64,000 nucleotides of DNA from a bacterium (GTDB lineage: Bacteria; Zhuqueibacterota; Zhuqueibacteria; Oceanimicrobiales; Oceanimicrobiaceae): contig JBBIIG010000002.1 in the NCBI GenBank assembly GCA_037446635.1, positions 64,001-128,000 of the forward strand. The letters run 5' to 3'. The notes under the pieces were generated by a model that worked only from the letters and a program-made list of their open reading frames with translations, did no database searches and was not told where the DNA came from. The position numbers and the translations under genes are program-made. Positions 9,853-19,603 of the stretch are shown here, piece by piece. Position 1 is the stretch's first letter; each line of letters opens with the position of its first letter.

Positions 9853-10134
9853 TCATGCCAACAGCATTTGCATCGGCTGCAAAGTACGGGTAAACGGATT
9901 CAGCACCAACCCCAAAATTTTTAAGGTAACCGCCCCCAAAAGCGCTTCATCGCCTACCTCTCCCAAAATGACGGGCGTCTGCCCCTCGCCCTGCGGCAAT
10001 TTGATGTAACATTCGGAGACTTGGCGTTCGATAGTCGTGCCGTCTGCCAATGTAAACGTCGCCGCGTGCTTCGGCGACAATTTCAGGGTCTTCCTGGAAC
10101 TTGCAACCACGCCTTCTATAAACGTTACGTCCAT
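9853..10134 (-). pseudogene. Clan AA (retropepsin-like) aspartic protease, AF_0612-like, lacking the catalytic D[ST]G segment
   Basis: FTLADGTTIER, TPVILGE, EALLGAVTLKILGLVLNP are present, but no D[ST]G motif occurs in the N-terminal part. Confidence 0.65.
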
Positions 10135-10268
10135 TTTGGGATCTCCCTTTAAATTTACTTTAATATAGTTGATCGCGCCGATCAACCGCAAGTTTTAAAA
10201 TCAATGATCTCCAACTTGATTTTGTGGAAAACATAGAGTACATTTCGACGACACGATCAGGATTTCTC

Positions 10269-10745
10269 ATGAATATGAATGTCGAAAGTTTTATGGCGGT
10301 GCTCGAGGCGCTGCACGAGCACGAGGTAGAGTATATTCTCGTGGGCGGGCTGGCGGTGATTTTCCACGGCGTCTCGCGGATTACCAAAGATTTGGATTTC
10401 TTCGTGAAGCGAAACCCACAAAACATCGAGAAACTCAAACGGGCGCTACAAACCGTCTTCGATGACGAAAGCATCACTGAGATTACTAACGACGAACTCG
10501 TTGACTATCCTCTCATCCGCTACGGTACGCCGCAGGATTACTACATCAACATCATCGATCGCATCGGCGAGATATTTCACTATGATGATCTTGAGTACGA
10601 GATTATTGAAAGCCAGGGTATTCCGGTGCGGGTGGCGACTCTTGAGACTTTGATTAAAATGAAAAACAGCACAATCCGCATGAAAGATAGAGCCGACGTC
10701 TTTTTGTTAATGGAAGAACTGGAGAAATTGAGGAAGAATAAATAA
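10269..10745 (+). CDS. Minimal nucleotidyltransferase family protein
   Basis: YILVGGLAVIFHGVSRITKDLD (GG...DxD), TLIKMK, RMKDRAD. Confidence 0.85.
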   Translation: MNMNVESFMAVLEALHEHEVEYILVGGLAVIFHGVSRITKDLDFFVKRNPQNIEKLKRALQTVFDDESITEITNDELVDYPLIRYGTPQDYYINIIDRIGEIFHYDDLEYEIIESQGIPVRVATLETLIKMKNSTIRMKDRADVFLLMEELEKLRKNK

Positions 10746-10945
10746 TGCCAATTTATAAGTATCGCAGCCTTGAAGAGGCTGAAGAACATCTCAGAAAGCT
10801 GCAGCCCAAAGACCCCCTGGAGCTGTTATCGCAGCTTCAAGACCTGGTCTTTACTCTCAAACCGCCGCGCAAAATTCAGCGCGGCATCTTCAAATTCAAA
10901 ACCCTGGAAGCGGCGAATGAGCATCGCAAGCAATTCGAGCAATGA
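10745..10945 (+). CDS. 66-aa hypothetical protein coupled to the nucleotidyltransferase
   Basis: TAATG overlap upstream and ATGA overlap downstream; internal repeat IYKYRSLEEA / IFKFKTLEAA. Confidence 0.75.
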   Translation: MPIYKYRSLEEAEEHLRKLQPKDPLELLSQLQDLVFTLKPPRKIQRGIFKFKTLEAANEHRKQFEQ

Positions 10946-11691
10946 CGGAAATTGCTAATTACCTGCTGTTAGCTGCCGTCGGGGCCATCTCCGCTTTTCT
11001 CAACGTTACTGCCGGCGGCGGCTCGCTGCTCACCCTGACGCTGCTCATCTTCCTCGGCCTGCCGGCGGACGTCGCCAACGGCACCAATCGCATCGCCATT
11101 TTAATTCAGAACATTTTTGCCACCGCCCGCTTTCATCAATTCAACGTCATTCCCAGGGGGACGACGCTCATCACCGCCATTCCCGCTATCGCTGGCGCGA
11201 TCATCGGCGCGCAGATCGCCGTCGAGATCGACGAGCTGCTGTTCAAACGCATTTTGGCGCTGACGATGATTCTGGTGCTCGGCCCGCTGTTTTTTGGACT
11301 GGGACCCAAGCCGGCGCAATCGTCGGATTCCCCTTCATCAAGCAAAAAATGTTTTTTGGCAATCGCTTTTTTCGGGGTAGGAATTTACGGCGGCTTCATT
11401 CAGGGCGCGGTGGGATTTCTCATCATTTTTGCGCTGACGCTGGCGGGCTACGATCTCGTGCGCACCAACGCTCTCAAAGTTCTGGTGGTGTTGATTTTCA
11501 CGCCATTTGCTCTTTTTATTTTTATAATTAATGGGCAGGTCGATTATTTGAAAGGATTGATTCTGGCCGCCGGCAGCGCCGCGGGGGCGTGGCTGGCCAC
11601 GAAGGTGGTGGTGGAAAAGGGCCACAACTTCCTGCGCTGGCTGGTGATGATTACGATGGCGGCGTTTGCGGTGAAGTTGTTTTGGGGATGA
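10942..11691 (+). CDS. Sulfite exporter TauE/SafE family membrane protein
   Basis: AGGGSLLT, ANGTNR, GIYGGFIQ, NALK motifs; about 8 TM. Confidence 0.9.
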   Translation: MTEIANYLLLAAVGAISAFLNVTAGGGSLLTLTLLIFLGLPADVANGTNRIAILIQNIFATARFHQFNVIPRGTTLITAIPAIAGAIIGAQIAVEIDELLFKRILALTMILVLGPLFFGLGPKPAQSSDSPSSSKKCFLAIAFFGVGIYGGFIQGAVGFLIIFALTLAGYDLVRTNALKVLVVLIFTPFALFIFIINGQVDYLKGLILAAGSAAGAWLATKVVVEKGHNFLRWLVMITMAAFAVKLFWG

Positions 11692-11696
11692 TTGTC

Positions 11697-12047
11697 TTAG
11701 CGCCAGTTGCTCAGATACTCCAAGCGATTTATCATTTCTTCCATCGTGATCGTATTCAACAATTTCAAAAGCCTTTGGTAAGTAGGACGAAAGGGCAACT
11801 GTTTAGAGACGATTATTCCGTAATGAATGAGTTCTGAATTTTTATACTCTATATGAATTTTAACCCAATCCTCCAAATTGAACGTAAAGACCGTCCGTTG
11901 TTCTGAGATGGCATATTCTAATTGTCCTAAATCTGATCCTCCTTTTCGGTGCGCTTCATGAGCTGTGATGGCATCAAAACCGATTTTTCTCAAAGCAGCT
12001 CCGAGTTCGCTGTGAACATCCTCGTCAATGAAGAGACTTATTTTCAT
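11697..12047 (-). CDS. DUF5615 PIN-like toxin
   Basis: LFIDEDV, SDLGQLEYA, RTVFTFN, HYGII. Confidence 0.85.
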   Translation of the reverse strand: MKISLFIDEDVHSELGAALRKIGFDAITAHEAHRKGGSDLGQLEYAISEQRTVFTFNLEDWVKIHIEYKNSELIHYGIIVSKQLPFRPTYQRLLKLLNTITMEEMINRLEYLSNWR

Positions 12048-12352
12048 TCGGGTTTAGCGTATTGACCGAAAGGGTAGTTTTTTTGCCAGTGCTCTTCATC
12101 GTTATTCAGGTTGAGTTGCTCGTCGATTTCCTGTTTATGATCAAAGTAGTATGATAGCGCATCATAAATTTGCGCATGAGTGAGGTGGGGAAGAGCAGCA
12201 ATAATTTGATCAACTGAATAATTGAGATTAAAATGGTATCCAACAATTGCCCAAACCGGGATACGCGTACCGGCAATGATGGGCTTGCCGCCGCACACGC
12301 CGTCGATCTGGGTAATGTAAGGATGTTCGATTTTTTTAGCTGGTAGTCCCAT
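12044..12352 (-). CDS. DUF433 antitoxin
   Basis: GVCGGKPIIAGTRIPV, QIYDALSYY; ATGA overlap with the DUF5615 gene. Confidence 0.9.
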   Translation of the reverse strand: MGLPAKKIEHPYITQIDGVCGGKPIIAGTRIPVWAIVGYHFNLNYSVDQIIAALPHLTHAQIYDALSYYFDHKQEIDEQLNLNNDEEHWQKNYPFGQYAKPE

Positions 12353-12419
12353 AAAATTCTCTTTTCGATATTCAAATGAATATACTCTTCGAATGGATGC
12401 GTGTCAAGAAATAGTTCGT

Positions 12420-13187
12420 TTATCTGATTTCCAAACACGCCTCCGCCGCCAGCCAGATCAACCGGCTGCGAAGTTCTGAATGCTTAATCCAGCCGCGGCT
12501 TTCCCACTTCAACCCGCTGACGTCGTCGCCGGCGTAAAGAATTTGTCCCATCGCGACGCCGTGGAATTTCGCCGCCGCAAACAGGGCCGCGGCCTCCATT
12601 TCCACAGCCAGGCAGCCTTCGGATTTGCGCCGGGCGATTTTTCCGGGCGTCTCGCGGTAGATGCCGTCGTTGCTCCAGGTTTTGATCAGCAGGTAATCGA
12701 GCCGGTGTTTTTTCAACGTGCGCTCGATGGCCGCTACCGCTGCCGGACTCGCCTCCACTTCGCGGCTGGGCGGCAGGTAGTGGTAGGATGTGCCCTCGTC
12801 GCGCACCGCGGAAGTCGGCGCCAGCAGATGCCCCATGGCGATTTGGTTATCCAGCACGCCGGCGCCGCCGCAGGCAATAAATTTTTTGCAGCCCAAAACG
12901 ATCAGTTCCTCCAAAAATGCCGCGGCCAGCGGCGCACCCACGCCGGGATGAAAGAGCGCCACCTCCCGCCCGTTGACTGCCAGTTTGTAAACCGGATGCG
13001 CGCCGATTTCGGTTTTCAATTTTTTGATGCGCTGCAGCCGCCCCTTTTGCCGCAGCTTCTCGACTTCATCGTTGAAGAAGCAGAGCACGCAGTGTTCGGG
13101 AATGGCGATTGGTTTCACCACGTGGCGCGGCGTCAGGATTGCTTGCGGGTCGGGGTCGTATTCCAAAATCGGGAAGGTGTTTTTCAT
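12420..13187 (-). CDS. Nucleoside phosphorylase (PNP/UDP family)
   Basis: GVGAP, CGGAG, AVRDEGTSYHY, AVEMEAAA. Confidence 0.9.
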   Translation of the reverse strand: MKNTFPILEYDPDPQAILTPRHVVKPIAIPEHCVLCFFNDEVEKLRQKGRLQRIKKLKTEIGAHPVYKLAVNGREVALFHPGVGAPLAAAFLEELIVLGCKKFIACGGAGVLDNQIAMGHLLAPTSAVRDEGTSYHYLPPSREVEASPAAVAAIERTLKKHRLDYLLIKTWSNDGIYRETPGKIARRKSEGCLAVEMEAAALFAAAKFHGVAMGQILYAGDDVSGLKWESRGWIKHSELRSRLIWLAAEACLEIR

Positions 13188-13190
13188 CGA

Positions 13191-13577
13191 TCACTTGGAC
13201 CATTCGAAAAATAGATAGGGCGCGATCGTGATCCAAATCAGGATCAAAATCCAAAGGCGCCCGGCGAAAATATTATAATCCTGCAAGAGACGGCGCCACG
13301 GGTGCCCGGCAACGAAATGTCCGAAGAGAAACTCGAAGGCGACCGTCAGCCCTAACCAGATCACCCCGATGGTGAGCGCCTGCCCGGTTGAGTCGAGTTT
13401 CCAAATGCGCGTGAGTCCCCAAATGTAAATTCCAAATAGCAGAATGCCCGTGAATGTTGAAATCTGATGCGCGCGCAGTTCGCTCATGAATTTGGCGTAC
13501 CACGCCTGCCGGAGAACGCCGTTCAGAATGGCGATGAGAACCATCGGCAGCCAGGCAAGGGTGTAGTTAATGAGCAT
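13191..13577 (-). CDS. Hypothetical 4-TM membrane protein
   Basis: Hydrophobic segments; LTVAFEFLFGHF..DYNIFAGRLW; tight spacing with the next gene. Confidence 0.75.
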   Translation of the reverse strand: MLINYTLAWLPMVLIAILNGVLRQAWYAKFMSELRAHQISTFTGILLFGIYIWGLTRIWKLDSTGQALTIGVIWLGLTVAFEFLFGHFVAGHPWRRLLQDYNIFAGRLWILILIWITIAPYLFFEWSK

Positions 13578-13621
13578 TTCTGTTCCTACTCAGAAGACCG
13601 TCTGCTATATTTTTTGATCTC

Positions 13622-14971
13622 CTATCCCGGCCAGCGCAGCATCACAACTTCTTCTCGCAATTCAGAAGAGGTGGCCGTAGCAAATCTTCTTCTAAATAAA
13701 TCTATACCCTCCAATTCATATCCCAGCGATTGTGCGATGTCGGCCAGGAGCTCGCCAGTGCGAATCATGACTTTAAAATACGATGCCTGATCGCCAACTA
13801 CGTACGCCAAGCGCGCGCCTTTTTTCAGAACCGGCCGCAACTCGGCAAAGTGTCTGGCCATCCCCCCGAAATATTGCAGCGTCACTTTGCTATAAAATTT
13901 CTCAAACCCGGAGGTTTTTGACAACTCGATGCGCTTCCTTTCTATTTCTTCCGCAAGACGAATAACCTTATTATTGTTTTCGATCCATTTATGATCTGCA
14001 TCTCCTTTGTAAATTCCGCGCGTATTTGAACGAATCAATGATTTCTTGAATGTTCGCAGTTCTTCCAAACTGTTGATGAATCCTAACACCACCGATTCCA
14101 ACCGAGTGGTTCGGGTGTAGTCTTTTTCGTTTGGGTACGGCGGCGAAGTTATCACGGCATCGACGCTATCGTGATCGAGCAATTGGCTGATCTGGCGAGA
14201 GTCGCCTAACTTGATTGCACATTGCGGATACGAACTCGCCGCCAATGCCCGGATATCCTTGGCAATCCTTTTGATTTCATTAAGCCAGGCCGGGATGACT
14301 GGATAATCCGGCTTAGGTTTCCCGACGCCAACCTCGGGGCCAAATTTCAAATTGCTGATTTTGAATACGAGGGCGTTCGCCAGTGCCAACATTGCGTGAT
14401 GAAAATAAGATTCGCCTTCCAGGCTTTTTAAAACGGTGAGCAGAGACAAGGTTTTATGCAGCGGCAACGGGCTAATTGAGTTCGTGATCAGAAGCTTTTG
14501 AGAATGCTCGCCAATGTTTTTTAGCCGCCTGCCTGCGCAGGCAGGCGATTCGTCAATGTTCTTGGAAAAATTATTATCATCAATGCCTTCTGCTTTAAGA
14601 ATCTCAAACGTCTCTGAGGCCACGGCTCGCGCCGCCGATTCAAAATCATCCGCGTTAATATTCCAATTCGTTTTTACGGAACTGGCAAAATAGGCAAAAG
14701 GGTTGGCTTCGATGCCGACCGCCGGAAATCCATTTAGCTTCGACTCAACGATCGTCGTGCCCGTGCCGCAAAAAGGATCTAATACAACGCTTGTCTCTTT
14801 CAAATCAAATTTCTGAATATAGTGCCGCACTAAATGCGGGGGAAAAGAGAGGACAAAACGGTACCAATTATGAACGGCGCTGTCGCCGGGACGAACTTTG
14901 TTTTGGTTGCCGTTGGTGGACTCCAGCGGGTCAACGAATTGAGTTTCGGAAAAATCGATCTTGGTTTGCAT
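13622..14971 (-). CDS. Site-specific DNA amino-methyltransferase, probably N4-cytosine; no cognate endonuclease adjacent
   Basis: SAM motif VLDPFCGTGTT precedes the catalytic ITSPPY. Confidence 0.85.
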   Translation of the reverse strand: MQTKIDFSETQFVDPLESTNGNQNKVRPGDSAVHNWYRFVLSFPPHLVRHYIQKFDLKETSVVLDPFCGTGTTIVESKLNGFPAVGIEANPFAYFASSVKTNWNINADDFESAARAVASETFEILKAEGIDDNNFSKNIDESPACAGRRLKNIGEHSQKLLITNSISPLPLHKTLSLLTVLKSLEGESYFHHAMLALANALVFKISNLKFGPEVGVGKPKPDYPVIPAWLNEIKRIAKDIRALAASSYPQCAIKLGDSRQISQLLDHDSVDAVITSPPYPNEKDYTRTTRLESVVLGFINSLEELRTFKKSLIRSNTRGIYKGDADHKWIENNNKVIRLAEEIERKRIELSKTSGFEKFYSKVTLQYFGGMARHFAELRPVLKKGARLAYVVGDQASYFKVMIRTGELLADIAQSLGYELEGIDLFRRRFATATSSELREEVVMLRWPG

Positions 14972-15020
14972 GATAAATTTTGGGTTCAATGGCAGCGAAT
15001 TTACAAAACGTAAAATTGAT

Positions 15021-16496
15021 TTACAAATTCCCGTGCTCTAGCTCCCGGTGTGCCACCTCCACTTTCACCCCGTACTTCTCGGTCAAAAATTTCGCCAGCG
15101 CGTTGGCGCAATAAACCGAGCGGTGCTGGCCGCCGGTGCAGCCGAACGCCACCGAAAGATGGCTGAAATTGCGCTGCTGATAATTCTCGATCACCTGCGA
15201 GATTAAATCCCGCACTCTCGTCAGAAAGCTGTGCACTTCCGGCGAATTTTCCAGAAAGGCGATCACCTCCGCGTCGAAGCCGGTTTGCCTGGCGTATTTC
15301 TCCAGCCGCCCCGGGTTGGGCAGCGCGCGGCAATCGAAAATGAAGCCGCCGCCGTGGCCGGTTTCATCCTGCGGTAAGCCATTTTTGTACGAAAAACTTT
15401 CGATGCGTACAGTGAGCGGCAGTTGCACGCTGCCCAACTCGCGCAGCCGAGTGGAACGCACCAAACTGTGCAGCGCCTCCGTGAGCATCGGCAATTCAAC
15501 CGGCAATTCGACGTTTTTCAAAATATGTTCGAGGTTGCGCAGGGCAAACGGCACACTCTGCAAAAAATGCGTTTTGCGTTCATAAAAGCCGCGGAAGCCG
15601 TACGCGCCCATTGCCTGCAGGATGCGCACCAGCACGTAGCCGTAATAATAGCGCATGAATTCGGCGCGATCAAATTTCGATATCTCCCCTTTCCGCCGCG
15701 GCGGATCCGCTTCGCGGACAAAGGGGGGAAACTGTGAAACGGCGTCGAGGTAAATTTGCAGCAGCCGGTCGCGGGCGTCGAACGGCAGGTTGGCTTTGGC
15801 GTCGTAGAGTAGGGAAGCAATATCGTACTGCAGGGCACCGCGCCGCCCGCCCTGGTAGTCGATGAAGAACGGCTGGCCGTCGCGAATCATGATGTTGCGG
15901 GACTGGAAGTCGCGGTAGAGAAAAAAGTTTTGATCGGCCTCCATCAAAAACGCAGTGAATTTCTCGAAATCGTCCTCCAACTTTTGCTCGTTGAACGGAA
16001 TCTGCGCCAGCTTCAAAAAATAGTATTTGAAGTAATTCAAATCCCACAGAATCGACTGGCGGTCGAAGCTGTGGCGGGGGTAGCAAAGATCGTAGTTGAA
16101 ATTTTTCGCCGCGCGAATTTGAAACTCTGGCAAAATGCGCACGACTTTTTCATACAGCTTTTCAATCGCGAGTGGGAAGTCATTTTGATCCGCGCGCTGG
16201 CGTGAAAGCAGATCGAACAGGGTGTCGTTCCCGAGATCTTCTTCGAGGTAAATGTTGGCGTCGAGATCTTCGGCGTAGATTTCCGGCACCGGCAATCCGC
16301 ATTTGCGAAAGTGCCGGGAGAATTCGATAAACGCGATGTTTTCCAGGCGGTCGGCGTTTTCCACGCCGATGGCCGTGCGCTGGTCGCTGGCGATGCGATA
16401 CAACAGCCGGTACGAGCCGTCGGCGTTGAGCGGCGCGGCGCTTTTGACTTTTTCCCTGAAGTGGGTTTCAAAAAGTCGGGTGAGTTCCGGATTCAT
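15021..16496 (-). CDS. Aminoglycoside-phosphotransferase-fold kinase (AmgK-like) fused to a RapZ C-terminal domain
   Basis: YRDFQSRNIM, IDYQG, YDIASLL; C-terminal IESFSYKNGLP, FDCRALPNP, AFGCTGGQHRSV. Confidence 0.88.
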   Translation of the reverse strand: MNPELTRLFETHFREKVKSAAPLNADGSYRLLYRIASDQRTAIGVENADRLENIAFIEFSRHFRKCGLPVPEIYAEDLDANIYLEEDLGNDTLFDLLSRQRADQNDFPLAIEKLYEKVVRILPEFQIRAAKNFNYDLCYPRHSFDRQSILWDLNYFKYYFLKLAQIPFNEQKLEDDFEKFTAFLMEADQNFFLYRDFQSRNIMIRDGQPFFIDYQGGRRGALQYDIASLLYDAKANLPFDARDRLLQIYLDAVSQFPPFVREADPPRRKGEISKFDRAEFMRYYYGYVLVRILQAMGAYGFRGFYERKTHFLQSVPFALRNLEHILKNVELPVELPMLTEALHSLVRSTRLRELGSVQLPLTVRIESFSYKNGLPQDETGHGGGFIFDCRALPNPGRLEKYARQTGFDAEVIAFLENSPEVHSFLTRVRDLISQVIENYQQRNFSHLSVAFGCTGGQHRSVYCANALAKFLTEKYGVKVEVAHRELEHGNL

Positions 16497-16733
16497 CACC
16501 AGACAATTTAGAAAATATTTGGCGAGAATCAAGGGTCACGCAAAGCCGCCAAGGCGCGAAGGATTGGGGCTTTCCAAAGGGTCGATTTTCGATGATCGTC
16601 ATGCCCGCACGCTTTTAGCGGGCATCCATAAAATCAGATCTTCGGAAGATGATCGTTCGAGATTTGAAATCCCGAACGAGTAGAGCAGGCAGTAAATCCC
16701 GAACGAGCAAGTTCCCTTTTCGATCCGCGGTCT

Positions 16734-16779
16734 CGGAGTGCAATGCTTCAGCAGTGCAAAACTGAAGTTTTGCACTCCG
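16734..16779. repeat. Hairpin CGGAGTGCAA...TTGCACTCCG just downstream of the last cluster gene; AAATCCCGAACGAG direct repeats nearby (about 16667-16707)
   Basis: Inverted arms read directly; the AAATCCCGAACGAG motif also occurs inverted near 43485-43498. Confidence 0.65.
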
Positions 16780-16790
16780 GTTTCAGTAAC

Positions 16791-18065
16791 TCAGGGAAAA
16801 CGGATCAGCCGGTAAATATTGAAGCCGAGGCGGAACTCGCCGTTGGCAAAATCCAAGTTGCCGCCGCTCATGACTTGAGTTGGGGTGAGCCCCAACGAGT
16901 TGCTGATATAGACATGAAAAACATGGCCGCCAATGTTGTGCTCCAACCCAATGGTAAAGGCATCGTAAACGATTGGCTGGCCATTTTGCACGCCGGCGCC
17001 TCCCACCGGCAGCGCGTCATCCAGTCCCGAAACAATCGTACTGCCTTCCGCGAATAGCGACAGGCCTTTTAGAATCCGAAACTTTCCGCCGTAGCCGATG
17101 CTGAATATGGTCTGCTCGTTGGTTTGTGTCACATTGCCATTAAACAAAACCCCGGGATTCAGCAGCAGCGCAATGCGATTTGAGAGCTGCCGGGTCAGGA
17201 CGAGCTGAGCAAACCACGGAAAACGCTCGCTGCTGGTGCGCGAGAGAAATTGTGCAGGGTTGTTGGGGTCGGGGATTTGCTTCATGGTTAGCCACTCCAC
17301 GCCGACGAAAAGGGCGGCAGAAACCGGCACCGAGTTGTTGGTTCGTTCGCGCAGCAGTTGCCACTTGGTATTAAACTCAAAAGTGGCGTTGGTGCCGGAG
17401 CGGCCGACGGTGAACATGAGATTCTCCCGCAGAGGAAATGAAAATTCGGTGAGCATGTGCGCGCCGGCATCCAGCCCAAAAAATTGGCCGAAGCCGTTAT
17501 CGACCCGGCCCAGCCAGCGGTGCGCGATGCGATAGGAAAACGACCCTTTCGGCATGGTTTGCGCGGTTTGCAGGGTCGCCAGAGATAAGCCCACAAAAGG
17601 CTGGCTGAATCGTTTTTTGGGCTGCACCGGGACGGCATCCGGCGGCAGTGTTTTTATCCAAAGAGCGACGGTCTTCAACTCTTCTTTGGATAATGATTCT
17701 CCGCTCTTCGGCATTTTCTCGCCTTTGATGCCAGAGGCGCCAACCAATTTCATAATCAAATAACTTTTTAACGGATCGCCGGGCTTGACCAGCGACAGTT
17801 TTGGAAAATCGTTGCTGGGTTGATTCACCGTCGAGGCATAGGCAAACGATTCCGTCAGGTTAAGATCGCCGGCGGGGGCCGGGCCGGCATGGCAGCCGGC
17901 GAACGCGCATTTGGTTTCAAAAATTTCCAGCACCTTATCGGGAACACCATTCTGCGGGTAAACTAAAACCGGCGCGGCAAAAATAAGCAGGCAAAACAAA
18001 GAAGCATAAAAGGCCCCCAGCCTTTTGGACTGCACGAAAATTTTTTGCATGTTGATCGACCTCAT
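16791..18065 (-). CDS. Secreted fusion: N-terminal CX4CH cytochrome-c-like domain plus C-terminal DUF5777-like outer-membrane beta-barrel
   Basis: Signal peptide; CAFAGCH...KMPK; barrel motifs YRIAHRW, FFGLDAG, GGHVFHVYISNS, FRLGFNIYR; ATGA overlap with the kinase gene. Confidence 0.75.
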   Translation of the reverse strand: MRSINMQKIFVQSKRLGAFYASLFCLLIFAAPVLVYPQNGVPDKVLEIFETKCAFAGCHAGPAPAGDLNLTESFAYASTVNQPSNDFPKLSLVKPGDPLKSYLIMKLVGASGIKGEKMPKSGESLSKEELKTVALWIKTLPPDAVPVQPKKRFSQPFVGLSLATLQTAQTMPKGSFSYRIAHRWLGRVDNGFGQFFGLDAGAHMLTEFSFPLRENLMFTVGRSGTNATFEFNTKWQLLRERTNNSVPVSAALFVGVEWLTMKQIPDPNNPAQFLSRTSSERFPWFAQLVLTRQLSNRIALLLNPGVLFNGNVTQTNEQTIFSIGYGGKFRILKGLSLFAEGSTIVSGLDDALPVGGAGVQNGQPIVYDAFTIGLEHNIGGHVFHVYISNSLGLTPTQVMSGGNLDFANGEFRLGFNIYRLIRFP

Positions 18066-19450
18066 GATTTAAAATCCTTTTGACTTTTTTGTCTCGTTCT
18101 GGCGGTTAGATCTTGTATCCAGATTTTTGTCTTCCCTGAAAATTCTTTGGGGGGCGAGGTGAATTTTTCGCGCGACTTGAGCGAATACAGCAAATTGTCT
18201 CTAATCTCAAAAACATCCAGCACCTTCAAGCTATCGACGATGAACAAGTAGCAATTTTCCAGCAGCGCAAAATCGACGCTGCTGCCCATCGAAATCAGAT
18301 TCTGCCGACGGAATTTTTCAAAGCTCTCGAGCAGGGCCGGGGTTTCTTTCACTTTCACCAACGTTTGAATGGGCGAAATGTGCGCGGGTGTGCGATGAAA
18401 TAATTTCTCCCGCAGCCTAGGAACCGATACGATGAAAATCGCCGCGACCAGCAATAGCATCAGCGCGAATCGTTTTGCGACCGCGGTTGCGCCGATCTTG
18501 CTGGCGCCGAGCCGCGAGCGAATCAACAGCAATAAAAAGGACGCTTTGAATTTCGCCATCCCGACCCGAAAAAAGTTGGACTCGATATCGCGAATGTTCA
18601 ACGTGATGGTTTCCATCATCGGCTTTTTGGGTTTGGCTTTCCGGGAGTAGGCCTTCCGTTCTTTTTTGAGATCGGACAATAATTCATCGGTGGTGCGATA
18701 CCGTTTCTTTGGGTCTTTTTTTAATGCCTTCTCTACGATCCGCTGCAGTCCCGGCGAAACCTCGGACTTGTAGGCGGTTAAGGGCTTCTGCGATTTGTGT
18801 AAAATCGCATACAGAATCTCCTCCTCGGTTCTACCCTCGAACGGATGGTGTCCGGTCAGTAATTCGTACAATAAAACGCCCACCGAAAAAATATCCGAGC
18901 TGGGTCCCAACTCCTCGCCGCGAATCTGTTCTGGCGAAGTGTAGGGGGCGGTTCCCATGCGAACGCCGTGCCGAGTGATGCTGGTATTCTCGATTAGCTT
19001 GGCCAATCCAAAATCGAGAATTTTGACCCAGCCGTCTTTGTCGATCATGACGTTGGCGGGCTTGATGTCGCGGTGAATGATGCCGGCCTGGTGCGCCTTG
19101 CGCAGTCCGCGGCAAATTTGAATGGCGATGGCGAGCGCATTATCCACCGAAATCTTCCGCTGCTCCATCAAGCTGCACAGGCTGACGCCATCGACGTACT
19201 CCATGGCGATGTAAAATTGCTCCTGATGTTTGGCGAGCTCATGCACCGTCACGATGTTGGGATGTTTCAATGCGGCCGCAGCGCGGGCCTCGCGCTTGAA
19301 GCGATCGATCAACTGTTTATTGGAAGTGAAGTTGGAGGGCAAAAATTTAAGCGCCACGCGCCGGTTTAGAAAGGTGTCTTCGGCAAGATAAACTTTCCCC
19401 ATCCCGCCTTCATCAATTTTGCTGAGTATTTTGAAATGTGAAATAATCAT
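18062..19450 (-). CDS. Hanks-type Ser/Thr protein kinase with a TM helix and a C-terminal extracytoplasmic domain
   Basis: VALK, HRDIKPAN, DFG, GTAPYTSPE, SDIFSVG; TM FALMLLLVAAIFIVSV. Confidence 0.95.
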   Translation of the reverse strand: MIISHFKILSKIDEGGMGKVYLAEDTFLNRRVALKFLPSNFTSNKQLIDRFKREARAAAALKHPNIVTVHELAKHQEQFYIAMEYVDGVSLCSLMEQRKISVDNALAIAIQICRGLRKAHQAGIIHRDIKPANVMIDKDGWVKILDFGLAKLIENTSITRHGVRMGTAPYTSPEQIRGEELGPSSDIFSVGVLLYELLTGHHPFEGRTEEEILYAILHKSQKPLTAYKSEVSPGLQRIVEKALKKDPKKRYRTTDELLSDLKKERKAYSRKAKPKKPMMETITLNIRDIESNFFRVGMAKFKASFLLLLIRSRLGASKIGATAVAKRFALMLLLVAAIFIVSVPRLREKLFHRTPAHISPIQTLVKVKETPALLESFEKFRRQNLISMGSSVDFALLENCYLFIVDSLKVLDVFEIRDNLLYSLKSREKFTSPPKEFSGKTKIWIQDLTARTRQKSQKDFKS

Positions 19451-19494
19451 CTGGTTTTGTTGACATGAATGTTCGATTCAGAATCATCTCTTGG

Positions 19495-19509
19495 GCAATT
19501 TTGATACCA
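19495..19509 (-). promoter_or_regulatory. Putative sigma-54 promoter TGGTATCAAAATTGC for the kinase/barrel pair
   Basis: GG-N10-GC spacing; 45 nt upstream of the kinase ATG. Confidence 0.7.
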
Positions 19510-19603
19510 GCGTTTTGGACGCTCTTTTAAGCTCGGAAAAATGAATTTTTCGGTTCTCCCGTCCCGAGAATAACGAATGTGTTATACAACATTGTAAGAA
19601 AAC

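Noticed and set aside
16667..16707. AAATCCCGAACGAG direct repeat as a mini-CRISPR or operator
   Set aside because: Two 14-nt units only; the same motif occurs in the cysW-cysA repeat stack, so it is a dispersed repeat.
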